From positions 1 to 35,911 of the IMG/VR virus record IMGVR_UViG_3300025277_000062: a stretch of DNA of 35,911 nt; one strand, written 5' to 3'. The notes below the pieces were generated by a model. The model saw only the letters and a list, made by a program, of their open reading frames with translations, made no database searches and had not been told where the DNA came from. A program made the position numbers and the translations under genes. Of the stretch, positions 27,074-34,846 are shown piece by piece (within the stretch, counting starts at the first letter, position 1; each line of letters starts with the position of its first letter). This stretch comes from a virus (taxonomy: Duplodnaviria; Caudoviricetes).

Positions 27074-27183
27074 ATCTTTTTGGCTACTCCGAACATTGTA
27101 ATCAACACGAGCTTTTTAAACTGGCTCAGACCAATCGGATATCTCAGACTACTATCGCCAAACAGTTACCCCCTAACTTTTAA

Positions 27184-27483
27184 TTAATAATCGTTAGGGT
27201 TATCTAAATCATACCAATAATTTTCTTCTTCATATGCGTTCATTTCATAATCAGGCAAATGATTGGTAGTAAGGACAGGATTAATAAAAGAAGTTTGTTC
27301 TGCTTTAGGATATTTTTTTCGTGCTTCTTCCAAAGTTTCAAACTCCTCCAACATTACCTTGCGTTGCTGTCCAGCTAATACAGAAGTTGGGGAATATACC
27401 CCCCAACCATAGACGATATATTCATCATCACAATATCTGCTCGGCTCAATCGTAAAGTAATCAAAAGCATTTTGATTTTTCAT
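27184..27483 (-). CDS. Hypothetical protein
   Basis: AGGAGG RBS; 99 aa. Confidence 0.6.
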   Translation of the reverse strand: MKNQNAFDYFTIEPSRYCDDEYIVYGWGVYSPTSVLAGQQRKVMLEEFETLEEARKKYPKAEQTSFINPVLTTNHLPDYEMNAYEEENYWYDLDNPNDY

Positions 27484-27491
27484 AAATCCTC

Positions 27492-28499
27492 CTAGTTAGC
27501 CAATGCTTCTTCTTTGTTATATTTCATCACAGCTAGGATTTTTTCTTCTCTAGTTTGTTGTATACCCTTAATGTTATCAAGCATAGACTTGATACTATCA
27601 GGATTAGATATAACTAAATCAGTTCCTTTTTGTAATAACATATGCTCATTAACAGACCACCCCAATGTGTCTGCTAATTCCTTGACAGACGATAAATGTT
27701 TATAAGACTGAATAGCAGTTTTAACAACTTCTGTCTGTCTTAATACACTTTCAATCCATTTCTCGTGGCATTGTACAACAGCTTGTTTGGAGTGTAACAT
27801 AGTTTGTACTGAATCAAATTCTGATCTAGTACATTTGATTGCTCTACTCCTACAACCCCCTGAACCAATAATCCATAAGGCATATTTATCTGTCCACGCA
27901 GCTTCAATATGGTTTTGTTTAAGATACTTGTCCAAGTTTTCTCTAGCTATGGACAAGTGAGGATTACTATTATTATCCTTATGCTCTATTTCAATATCAG
28001 GATTTAAACCCTGGCCTAATAGATCATCTCGGTAATAAGCATAAGCAAACTTATTACCCTCATTGTTCCGATAATAATTACCCTCCCTTTGATAGTTTCC
28101 AAACAATTCAAAACTAAAATGTTTTTCAGGGAAACGAGTATCTTCATCATCATCATTACTATTGTAACCATAACGATCTCTCCTTTCATCAGTTTCCAAC
28201 CAATTAGTGCTTCCATGTTCATCAACTACTTTTAAATAAAAGCAACTGTCTTTGGCAACACTATCAACTGTTGAATACTTGTCTTGGAGTTGTCTTAACT
28301 GTACCACATCTTCAGGGGGAAATGCTCTCTCTATAACTTGCGTTACAGTTCCAAAAGCATTAGCAACTGCTGTATCATAATCAGATATAGATTGCTTGTA
28401 CTCCTCTTTTTGTGGAGTATCCTCTTGTTCTGCGTGTTTCCGAAAGTCTTTGGTTAATCCCTTTCGGTAGTCATTATTTAATCGCATTTCAGTAGCCAT
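27492..28499 (-). CDS. Hypothetical protein, largest of the putative early genes (start reassigned to MATEMRL)
   Basis: GAAAGGA RBS before ATG 28499; long open frame. Confidence 0.75.
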   Translation of the reverse strand: MATEMRLNNDYRKGLTKDFRKHAEQEDTPQKEEYKQSISDYDTAVANAFGTVTQVIERAFPPEDVVQLRQLQDKYSTVDSVAKDSCFYLKVVDEHGSTNWLETDERRDRYGYNSNDDDEDTRFPEKHFSFELFGNYQREGNYYRNNEGNKFAYAYYRDDLLGQGLNPDIEIEHKDNNSNPHLSIARENLDKYLKQNHIEAAWTDKYALWIIGSGGCRSRAIKCTRSEFDSVQTMLHSKQAVVQCHEKWIESVLRQTEVVKTAIQSYKHLSSVKELADTLGWSVNEHMLLQKGTDLVISNPDSIKSMLDNIKGIQQTREEKILAVMKYNKEEALAN

Positions 28500-28548
28500 A
28501 ATTTTCCTTTCACGATTAAAGTTATATAAAGGCGAAATCATTTCGCCT

Positions 28549-28854
28549 TTACTTCTCTATAATATTAGGCAAATTGCTTATGAGATCGTAATGAACTCCT
28601 AAAAAAACATTTAAACAATTAAGTCTGCAAAATAAATCTGTACCACGCTCTCGCTGATAGTTATTGGTAGATAAGTTACTGACTTCATATTCAATAACAT
28701 TACCCTGACTATAAGGATTTGTAATAGTACAGTTTTGTTCAATAGCTTTAGTCCAGCTATCTCTACTGCTCTTGCCTACTCTTTGTTCAAAATGATTATA
28801 GTAATTATTACCATAGCCATAAGACATATTTCTGCCACAAGTTTTACATTTCAT
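28549..28854 (-). CDS. Zn-finger-like hypothetical protein
   Basis: CKTCG...FCRLNC; GAGGAG RBS. Confidence 0.6.
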   Translation of the reverse strand: MKCKTCGRNMSYGYGNNYYNHFEQRVGKSSRDSWTKAIEQNCTITNPYSQGNVIEYEVSNLSTNNYQRERGTDLFCRLNCLNVFLGVHYDLISNLPNIIEK

Positions 28855-29151
28855 AGTTACTCCTCGATTCAGATTAAATTATATATGTTCTGGAATAATC
28901 CCTCTCACGCAACCGACCCTATAAGGTATCTCATTATGCTCTCCACACACCACCTGAACGACCAACTTTCAGGTAACACTCCATAATCAGAATACTTTCA
29001 CTTTAGTATCGGTCAACAGACATTATGAAGTCCTGCCAATATAAAATCTACGAATACATATTAAGATAGCTCATAAAGGAATTTAAAAGATTATACAAGC
29101 CATTAAGTTATAATTTTTTACCCTTTAAAATGCTACTATTTAAAGGATTAA

Positions 29152-29577
29152 ATGATACGCAGACCTGAAAGTAAATTGTGGCAATTAATAAAGAAAAATA
29201 CCCCTGATATATTGTGGAATAGGATTGAAACTACTACAATTATGGGTTTTCCTGATCTTATCGGCTGTCATAAAGATTGTGGCTTATTTAGTGTGGAATT
29301 AAAGGTATCTAAAAGTGGCAAAATTAAACTCTCCCCCTATCAGATTGCGTGGAACTACAGCCACGCATTAAAAGGTGGTAGATGTTTTATCATAGCCACC
29401 CCCCTCGAACAGACCACCCTGAATATCTATGGGGGGATACAAGCTAGGGATATGGCACTAAATGTCCAAGAGCCGTCACTAAATGTCCAAGAGCCGTTGA
29501 TCTCGTTCCATAAGCCTTTCGATTGGAAAGGTGTTACAAATTTTTTGGTTCAAGAGGGGTGGGTAGGGCAACACTAA
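29152..29577 (+). CDS. PD-(D/E)XK nuclease, Holliday-junction-resolvase/VRR-NUC-like
   Basis: PESKLW, WNRIET, GFPDLIG, VELKV and LSPYQIAW motifs. Confidence 0.75.
   Translation: MIRRPESKLWQLIKKNTPDILWNRIETTTIMGFPDLIGCHKDCGLFSVELKVSKSGKIKLSPYQIAWNYSHALKGGRCFIIATPLEQTTLNIYGGIQARDMALNVQEPSLNVQEPLISFHKPFDWKGVTNFLVQEGWVGQH
29456..29497 (+). repeat. 21-bp tandem duplication CACTAAATGTCCAAGAGCCGT inside the resolvase gene
   Basis: Two identical units encoding LNVQEP twice. Confidence 0.9.
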
Positions 29578-29713
29578 ACATTCGCAAAGGCACACTAAAC
29601 ATACGCAAGTATTCCCTCCCCTCCCCCACTAAACATACGCAACGATCCACGATCCACGCCACGCGATTCCTTGTTCACGCAAATTTCAGCTTCCGACACT
29701 AAACGTACACAAG
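29572..29713 (+). repeat. Four copies of a CACTAAAC(A/G)T(A/T)C(G/A)CAA motif plus short CGATCCA repeats
   Basis: Copies start at 29572, 29593, 29627 and 29697. Confidence 0.9.
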
Positions 29714-29870
29714 GGCCCCCTTCGGGGGCCAAAAAAATAATTAAAAAAAAATAAAAAAAAACGACGGCTACTCGGACCGTCGCTCTCGGGCTCTATTGAT
29801 CAGCCAATAAATGGGTTTGATTATTAAGTGATAAAATAAAAATATTAGAATGCATTCAAACAAATAAATT

Positions 29871-30506
29871 TTAATGTTTTTCATATGATATATTTCTTAT
29901 ATCAGAATTCCAGCAGGATCTACAAGCCAGGCACCGCCCGCCTTGCTTCGACGCGTTGCAAGCTTCACCAATTGGCGCCGCGTCTTTAGTGTGTACAGTG
30001 CTGCTGTGTTCATGACTCTTGCCCGGGGCCCCGTTTACCATGGTTGCGCTGAGTCTTACAACCAGGTTTGAAGGGATGGCCCCGCCCGCTTCTTTAAATT
30101 CTTTTAGCAGGCCGGTCTCACGTGTTGGCAACCAATGCTTAATTGATGGCGTCCCTTCAGCAACGGCGCATATTTTGGCCAGGTGATCAACGGTTTGTAT
30201 GTCGCCGCTATCGTGCCACCTAAAATAATCTTTTTCATAATGATTTATTAACATGATCATTGCGGGGACCCAGGTTTTATTATTGATGGATCTTAAGCGG
30301 CGCCGGTGGCCCAGCTTTACGGATGGCCAAAAATAATTAGCCTTCAGTGCATAGCACCCGCTGCAGGTGCTGCCTGGAATTTTAACAAGCTTGGCGCCGG
30401 TCCTGCACCGATGCGCGCTCAAGCCGTAAGTGTAACCGGGCATCTTTTTATTAAGGTTTGATATACCGCCGCCCGTCAAACGTTTAGCTTTCTTTAAAGT
30501 TAACAT
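29871..30506 (-). CDS. GP88-family (Gene product 88-like) Cys-rich protein
   Basis: KMPG, CRTGAKL...STCSGCYA, YFRWHDSGD, HWLPTRE, NLVVRLS and CLACRSCW motifs. Confidence 0.8.
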   Translation of the reverse strand: MLTLKKAKRLTGGGISNLNKKMPGYTYGLSAHRCRTGAKLVKIPGSTCSGCYALKANYFWPSVKLGHRRRLRSINNKTWVPAMIMLINHYEKDYFRWHDSGDIQTVDHLAKICAVAEGTPSIKHWLPTRETGLLKEFKEAGGAIPSNLVVRLSATMVNGAPGKSHEHSSTVHTKDAAPIGEACNASKQGGRCLACRSCWNSDIRNISYEKH

Positions 30507-30585
30507 TTTTATATCTTTCTGTTGACTTATTATATATCTTATATAATCTGTTATTTAAATTAATCAACAGAGAAAGAAGGATAAC

Positions 30586-30792
30586 ATGATTAATAAAGAA
30601 AAGTTAAAGAAAGACAAATTTTATATAATAGATAACGGGCTTGGGGCCCCGGTGAAGGCGCAGCTGCTGGAATCACCTAAGCAAGGCCGCGGATGGAAGA
30701 CGGCGGTCCTAATGTATGTTTACGGCTCATCAATTGGTTTTTACGATGAGGCAGGCAGCGTCTACGCTAAAGACATTTTATATGAAGCTTAA
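30586..30792 (+). CDS. Hypothetical protein
   Basis: AGAAGGA RBS; divergent from the GP88-like gene. Confidence 0.6.
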   Translation: MINKEKLKKDKFYIIDNGLGAPVKAQLLESPKQGRGWKTAVLMYVYGSSIGFYDEAGSVYAKDILYEA

Positions 30793-30985
30793 GCATCACG
30801 TTGCAATCATGAATGAGGGGTCACTGGTTCACTTTAAATTACATACCGGTGACGCCGTTAATTGGTGGAATGATAATGTTGAACCAGGACTAGGTTATAC
30901 AGAATCGGGAACCAATATAAAATATGTTGAGCATCGATACGCCCAGGATATATATGAAGGAATGCTAAAACATTTTGGAAAGTGA
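30782..30985 (+). CDS. Hypothetical protein (MKLKHHVAIM...)
   Basis: Overlaps the previous stop; start reassigned. Confidence 0.45.
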   Translation: MKLKHHVAIMNEGSLVHFKLHTGDAVNWWNDNVEPGLGYTESGTNIKYVEHRYAQDIYEGMLKHFGK

Positions 30986-31071
30986 GCAGCGCAAGCGGGC
31001 CCGGGGATCCTGGCCCGCTAAACAAAAACACAAAACTTACACAAAACAAACACAGAAAGTACACTAAACAT

Positions 31072-31305
31072 ATGCAAATAAAAAAATTATTAGAAATAGA
31101 AAGTATAATAGGCGACCGCAAAATTCCCTGCGATATGGATACACTAAACTTACACAAGTCACAATCAACGGGGAAAGAAATAAAATTAGTTGATATGCAC
31201 TTGCCCCACTTGCTGAGGGCTTATAGCAGGTTAATTGATACATGGGATGAACGGGAAGGCTATAATGATGGCTGGAATGACGCTTTAGAAAGTCTGAAGA
31301 AATAA
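31072..31305 (+). CDS. Hypothetical protein (MQIKKLLEIE...)
   Basis: Start reassigned past a repeat-rich stretch; YNDGWND motif near the C-terminus. Confidence 0.5.
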   Translation: MQIKKLLEIESIIGDRKIPCDMDTLNLHKSQSTGKEIKLVDMHLPHLLRAYSRLIDTWDEREGYNDGWNDALESLKK

Positions 31306-31321
31306 GGGGCTAAGCCCCTTA
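31303..31321. terminator. Bidirectional hairpin between convergent genes
   Basis: TAAGGGGC-TAA-GCCCCTTA, containing both stop codons. Confidence 0.65.
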
Positions 31322-31663
31322 ATCTATATAATCATCATGGAATCTTAAAAGAGTCTTACGGGATTCTTCCGAAAGATCGTGTTTTTCTTTTTCTTCTTTC
31401 TTATATTCTTTGTCACGCCATTTAGAATATTCCCCATCAATTAATGTTCCGCTTCTATAATGACATTTAACTTGTTTTAAAAAATCTCTTCGAGGAAAAT
31501 TTTTATCAAGTTCAGTTACTAACATAAGAAGTGTTTCAACAAATTCAGACTTGTCAGTTCCATAGCCGTTACCCGTCGTAGTTCTGGTAAACTCCCATTC
31601 AAAATCTTTCTCTGGTTTATGAGAGTTGCATAACTCTATTAAAAATTTGTATTCATCTTTCAT
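31319..31663 (-). CDS. Hypothetical protein
   Basis: Leader CAACAGAAAGATATAAAAATG, identical to that of the GP88-like gene. Confidence 0.65.
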   Translation of the reverse strand: MKDEYKFLIELCNSHKPEKDFEWEFTRTTTGNGYGTDKSEFVETLLMLVTELDKNFPRRDFLKQVKCHYRSGTLIDGEYSKWRDKEYKKEEKEKHDLSEESRKTLLRFHDDYID

Positions 31664-31717
31664 TTTTATATCTTTCTGTTGGTTGAATTATAAAGGGGGC
31701 AGGATGCCCCCTTATTA

Positions 31718-31918
31718 TTATTTTTTTACTTTCCTTGCTCTTATCGAGCAACCTAAAGGATTGTCAGTATCAATATTAACAACAACTTTTTCATCAGCTT
31801 TAAGACCTCTACTTTCAATCTCAATAATTTTCCTTGTTGCTTTTACAATTTGCTGCAAAAAGTCTTTATCTTTTATTGATTTATAAAGATCGACTATATC
31901 TTTCCTGGTTTGGTTCAT
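31718..31918 (-). CDS. Hypothetical protein
   Basis: ATGA overlap with the upstream gene; followed by a palindrome. Confidence 0.5.
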   Translation of the reverse strand: MNQTRKDIVDLYKSIKDKDFLQQIVKATRKIIEIESRGLKADEKVVVNIDTDNPLGCSIRARKVKK

Positions 31919-32121
31919 ATAGATATCTCTTCATGCTTAAAATCGTAGCCAAGCTGTCTAATTAAAACGATAGACGATTTGTCTAAAGTTTTTTGACCAC
32001 ACAACCTAGCAAATATAATTGATCTTTCACATATAGGGTAAATTCTTTCTGTACCCCAAACAGTTTTTTTCTTGACAATTAATCTTTTATCAATCGTCAA
32101 TGCTTTACTTTCTTCGGACAT
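31915..32121 (-). CDS. Conserved small phage protein (KTVWGTERIYPIC...KTL...LGY)
   Basis: AGGAG RBS; recognisable small-phage-protein pattern. Confidence 0.65.
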   Translation of the reverse strand: MSEESKALTIDKRLIVKKKTVWGTERIYPICERSIIFARLCGQKTLDKSSIVLIRQLGYDFKHEEISI

Positions 32122-32193
32122 ATTTTCTCCTATTGTTGGTTAAAGTTAAGGGGCGATAAATCGCCCCTTATTTCTCAACCCAACATTAAGAAA

Positions 32194-32379
32194 CTATTTT
32201 TCTAATTTGTTGGGTAAGTTTTTTCGTAGTCTTTCTATTTCTATGCCTTGTAGATAGATATCGCCCTTGAGTGATCCTATCTCCCGAAATAGTTCTTCGA
32301 GTTTTTGCGACATAGTTCGTATAGTCTTTTCGGTTGCTTTAGCAAATCCCACAACTGTGGTGTCTTTATCAATTTGCAT
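32194..32379 (-). CDS. Small coiled-coil protein
   Basis: AAGGAGGT RBS. Confidence 0.55.
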   Translation of the reverse strand: MQIDKDTTVVGFAKATEKTIRTMSQKLEELFREIGSLKGDIYLQGIEIERLRKNLPNKLEK

Positions 32380-32646
32380 TTAAACCTCCTTAAAAGGTGG
32401 AAGCGTTTTTTCGCGAATGTTTTTATCAATTTCATTCTCAAAATCCCTAACCCTTTTAATTTCTCTTAGCTCGTCCTTAACTTCAATGACTTTAGCAAAA
32501 AATCTTGATACTTCAAATCTAGGAATATCAGCCTCAAAAATTTTAGCCATATCAAACAGTAAAGTTTCACTAGCTCCATGCTGTGCCAATTCATCAAAGA
32601 GCAGCAATACTGTCGCTATTTCAATATAATGCTTTCTTGACATCAT
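32380..32646 (-). CDS. Hypothetical protein (MSRKHYIEIA...FEADIPRFEVSRF)
   Basis: AGAAAGGA RBS; pattern recalled from small early phage proteins. Confidence 0.65.
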   Translation of the reverse strand: MMSRKHYIEIATVLLLFDELAQHGASETLLFDMAKIFEADIPRFEVSRFFAKVIEVKDELREIKRVRDFENEIDKNIREKTLPPFKEV

Positions 32647-32672
32647 AAGGCTTCCTTTCTCAGAGAAAGACT

Positions 32673-32697
32673 AAAAAAGGGGCGATAAAATCGCCCC
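32673..32697 (-). terminator. Rho-independent terminator-like palindrome
   Basis: Minus strand GGGGCGAT-TTT-ATCGCCCC followed by TTTTTT. Confidence 0.65.
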
Positions 32698-32711
32698 ATT
32701 GAATGAAACAG

Positions 32712-32936
32712 TTAAGCAGAGATATCCACGTTTACCTCTGCGTTATTGATAGCCTCAATCGCTTCGTCTGCCGCAATCTCTTTGACCCTATCTTCCGTGA
32801 TAATTTCAATATTATCATCGTTGATAGTATCTTCAAGATCAGTAACACGGCTAACAAGATCGCCTCTCTTATCTAGTTCGCTTACTAGATAATCAGTGAT
32901 CCTCTTAAGCAGGCTTTCAAGTTGTTGCTCGTCCAT
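32712..32936 (-). CDS. Acidic hypothetical protein, first gene of the leftward unit
   Basis: AGGAGAAAG RBS. Confidence 0.6.
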   Translation of the reverse strand: MDEQQLESLLKRITDYLVSELDKRGDLVSRVTDLEDTINDDNIEIITEDRVKEIAADEAIEAINNAEVNVDISA

Positions 32937-33051
32937 AGTCTTTCTCCTATGTTGGATTATATATCTTTCTTGGTATACTTTCTATCTCGTCCCCTACTGT
33001 TGTTTCGGAGTGTCGAGGTTTTCGGTCATTTGCCAAACCAAGCTTGATATA

Positions 33052-33084
33052 ATTATAACATAAGCATTATGAAAGATAATACAA
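33052..33084 (-). promoter_or_regulatory. Leftward promoter (extended -10)
   Basis: Minus strand TTGTAT...TGtTATAAT, upstream of the small-gene array. Confidence 0.55.
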
Positions 33085-33186
33085 GATAATAATTTAATTT
33101 ATTTTAATTAATCATGTATAACTTTTTACCCCTATTATTTCTTTATTTTCTTTTCATGTGAAAAGAATAGGGCGTAGTGGTCAATG

Positions 33187-33251
33187 TCTTTCTCTCTCTC
33201 TCTCTCTCTCTCCTCTCTCTCCTCTCTCTCCTCTCTCCTCTCTCCTCTCTC
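33187..33251 (+). repeat. 65-nt pure pyrimidine (CT)n/CTCTCTC microsatellite
   Basis: Only C and T from 33187 to 33251. Confidence 0.95.
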
Positions 33252-33396
33252 AATAGTTTTCATTTGAGTCCCTGCCCTAATCCAAAAAACGAAACATCAT
33301 TCACGACACCCCCTCCCCGTATTGACGCCCCAGCCTTTTTGAGGCAGCTCTTATAAGTCTGTTTTACATAAACACACAGTATGATAAAGATACGGT

Positions 33397-34839
33397 ATGA
33401 ATAAACCGACGGCTGAAGAATTAAAGCTGCTATTACGAGAACAAGAATTGAAATTAAAAATAGCCGCGCAAGATAACTTCTTAAATTTTGTTAGAATAAT
33501 GTGGCCTGATTTTATCAAAGGCCCCCACCACCTTAAGACTGCATCCAAGCTTCAGGATATAGCAGACGGGAAAATAAAAAGATTAATTGTAAACATGCCC
33601 CCACGACACACCAAATCAGAATTTGCTTCTTTTTTATTTCCGGCTTACATGATGGGGTGTAATCCAAAATTAAAAATAATTCAAACTACGCATACAGCGG
33701 AACTTGCATACCGGTTCGGACGTAAGGTTAGAAACTTAATGGGAACGGGAGAGTATCAAAATATTTTTGATAGTGTGCAGTTAAGAGCAGACAGTAAAGC
33801 TGCAGGAAGGTGGGAAACAAATCATGGTGGAGAATATTTTGCGGCTGGTGTTGGTGGTGCTATTACTGGCAGGGGTGCTGATTTACTTATTATTGATGAT
33901 CCCCATTCAGAGCAAGATGCGCTTTCTGAGACAGCTTTGGATAACGCATATGAATGGTACACTTCTGGTCCACGACAACGTTTACAACCTGGTGGTCGTA
34001 TTCTCATTGTTATGACCCGTTGGTCAACAAAAGATTTGACAGGGCAGTTAATGAAAGCGCAAACAGAACCTAAAGCGGATCAGTGGGAGGTTGTAGAATT
34101 TCCTGCTATCCTACCAAATAATAAACCAATTTGGCCGGAGTACTGGAAACTAGAAGAACTGGAATCCGTTAAAGCATCATTATCACAACAAAAATGGCAA
34201 GCGCAATGGCAACAGAACCCGATATCGGAAGAAGGTTCCATTATCAAACGTGAGTGGTGGAAAGTTTGGGAGAAAGAAAAATTACCCGATTTAATCCATG
34301 TCATACAAAGTTATGATACGGCATATAGTAGAAAAGAGACTGCCGACTATAGCGCCATTAGCACATGGGGTATTTTTTTTCTTGAAGAAGGGGGTAAGCC
34401 CCATGCCATGTTAGTCGACTGTAAAAAAGGAAGATGGGATTTTCCGGAGTTAAAAAGGATTGCGATGGAGGAATACAAGTACTGGGAACCGGAAACAATT
34501 ATTGTTGAAGCAAAAGCAAGCGGTATGCCTCTTACACAGGAATTACGAACATTGGGAATTCCGGTTGTTAACTTTACACCGAGCCGAGGAAATGATAAGC
34601 ATGTACGTGTAAATTCTGTTTCACCTTTATTTGAAGCCGGCATGGTATGGCGGCCTGATGAAAGATGGACGGAAGATATGGTGGAAGAGTGTGCGGCTTT
34701 TCCATATGGCGAACATGATGATTTAGTGGACAGTATGACCCAAGCTATGTTAAGGTTTCGTCAAGGTAATTTTGTTGTGCATCCGGAAGATTATGAAGAT
34801 CCACCATTGATGTTGGGAATGCAACGAAACTATTATTAG
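33397..34839 (+). CDS. terL: Terminase large subunit
   Basis: IVNMPPRHTKSE (Walker A variant), GRGADLLIIDDP (Walker B), MTRW, QSYDTA, IVEAKASG and HDDLVDS nuclease motifs. Confidence 0.95.
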   Translation: MNKPTAEELKLLLREQELKLKIAAQDNFLNFVRIMWPDFIKGPHHLKTASKLQDIADGKIKRLIVNMPPRHTKSEFASFLFPAYMMGCNPKLKIIQTTHTAELAYRFGRKVRNLMGTGEYQNIFDSVQLRADSKAAGRWETNHGGEYFAAGVGGAITGRGADLLIIDDPHSEQDALSETALDNAYEWYTSGPRQRLQPGGRILIVMTRWSTKDLTGQLMKAQTEPKADQWEVVEFPAILPNNKPIWPEYWKLEELESVKASLSQQKWQAQWQQNPISEEGSIIKREWWKVWEKEKLPDLIHVIQSYDTAYSRKETADYSAISTWGIFFLEEGGKPHAMLVDCKKGRWDFPELKRIAMEEYKYWEPETIIVEAKASGMPLTQELRTLGIPVVNFTPSRGNDKHVRVNSVSPLFEAGMVWRPDERWTEDMVEECAAFPYGEHDDLVDSMTQAMLRFRQGNFVVHPEDYEDPPLMLGMQRNYY

Positions 34840-34846
34840 GAGGCGT

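Noticed and set aside
27060-27145. SAM-II riboswitch suggested by GTAGCCAAAAA on the minus strand
   Set aside because: The required 5' GATTT element and pseudoknot pairing are not evident
29572-29713. Possible mini-CRISPR array
   Set aside because: Repeats are only ~17 bp and degenerate, gaps are irregular (about 4, 17 and 53 nt), and no cas genes are present
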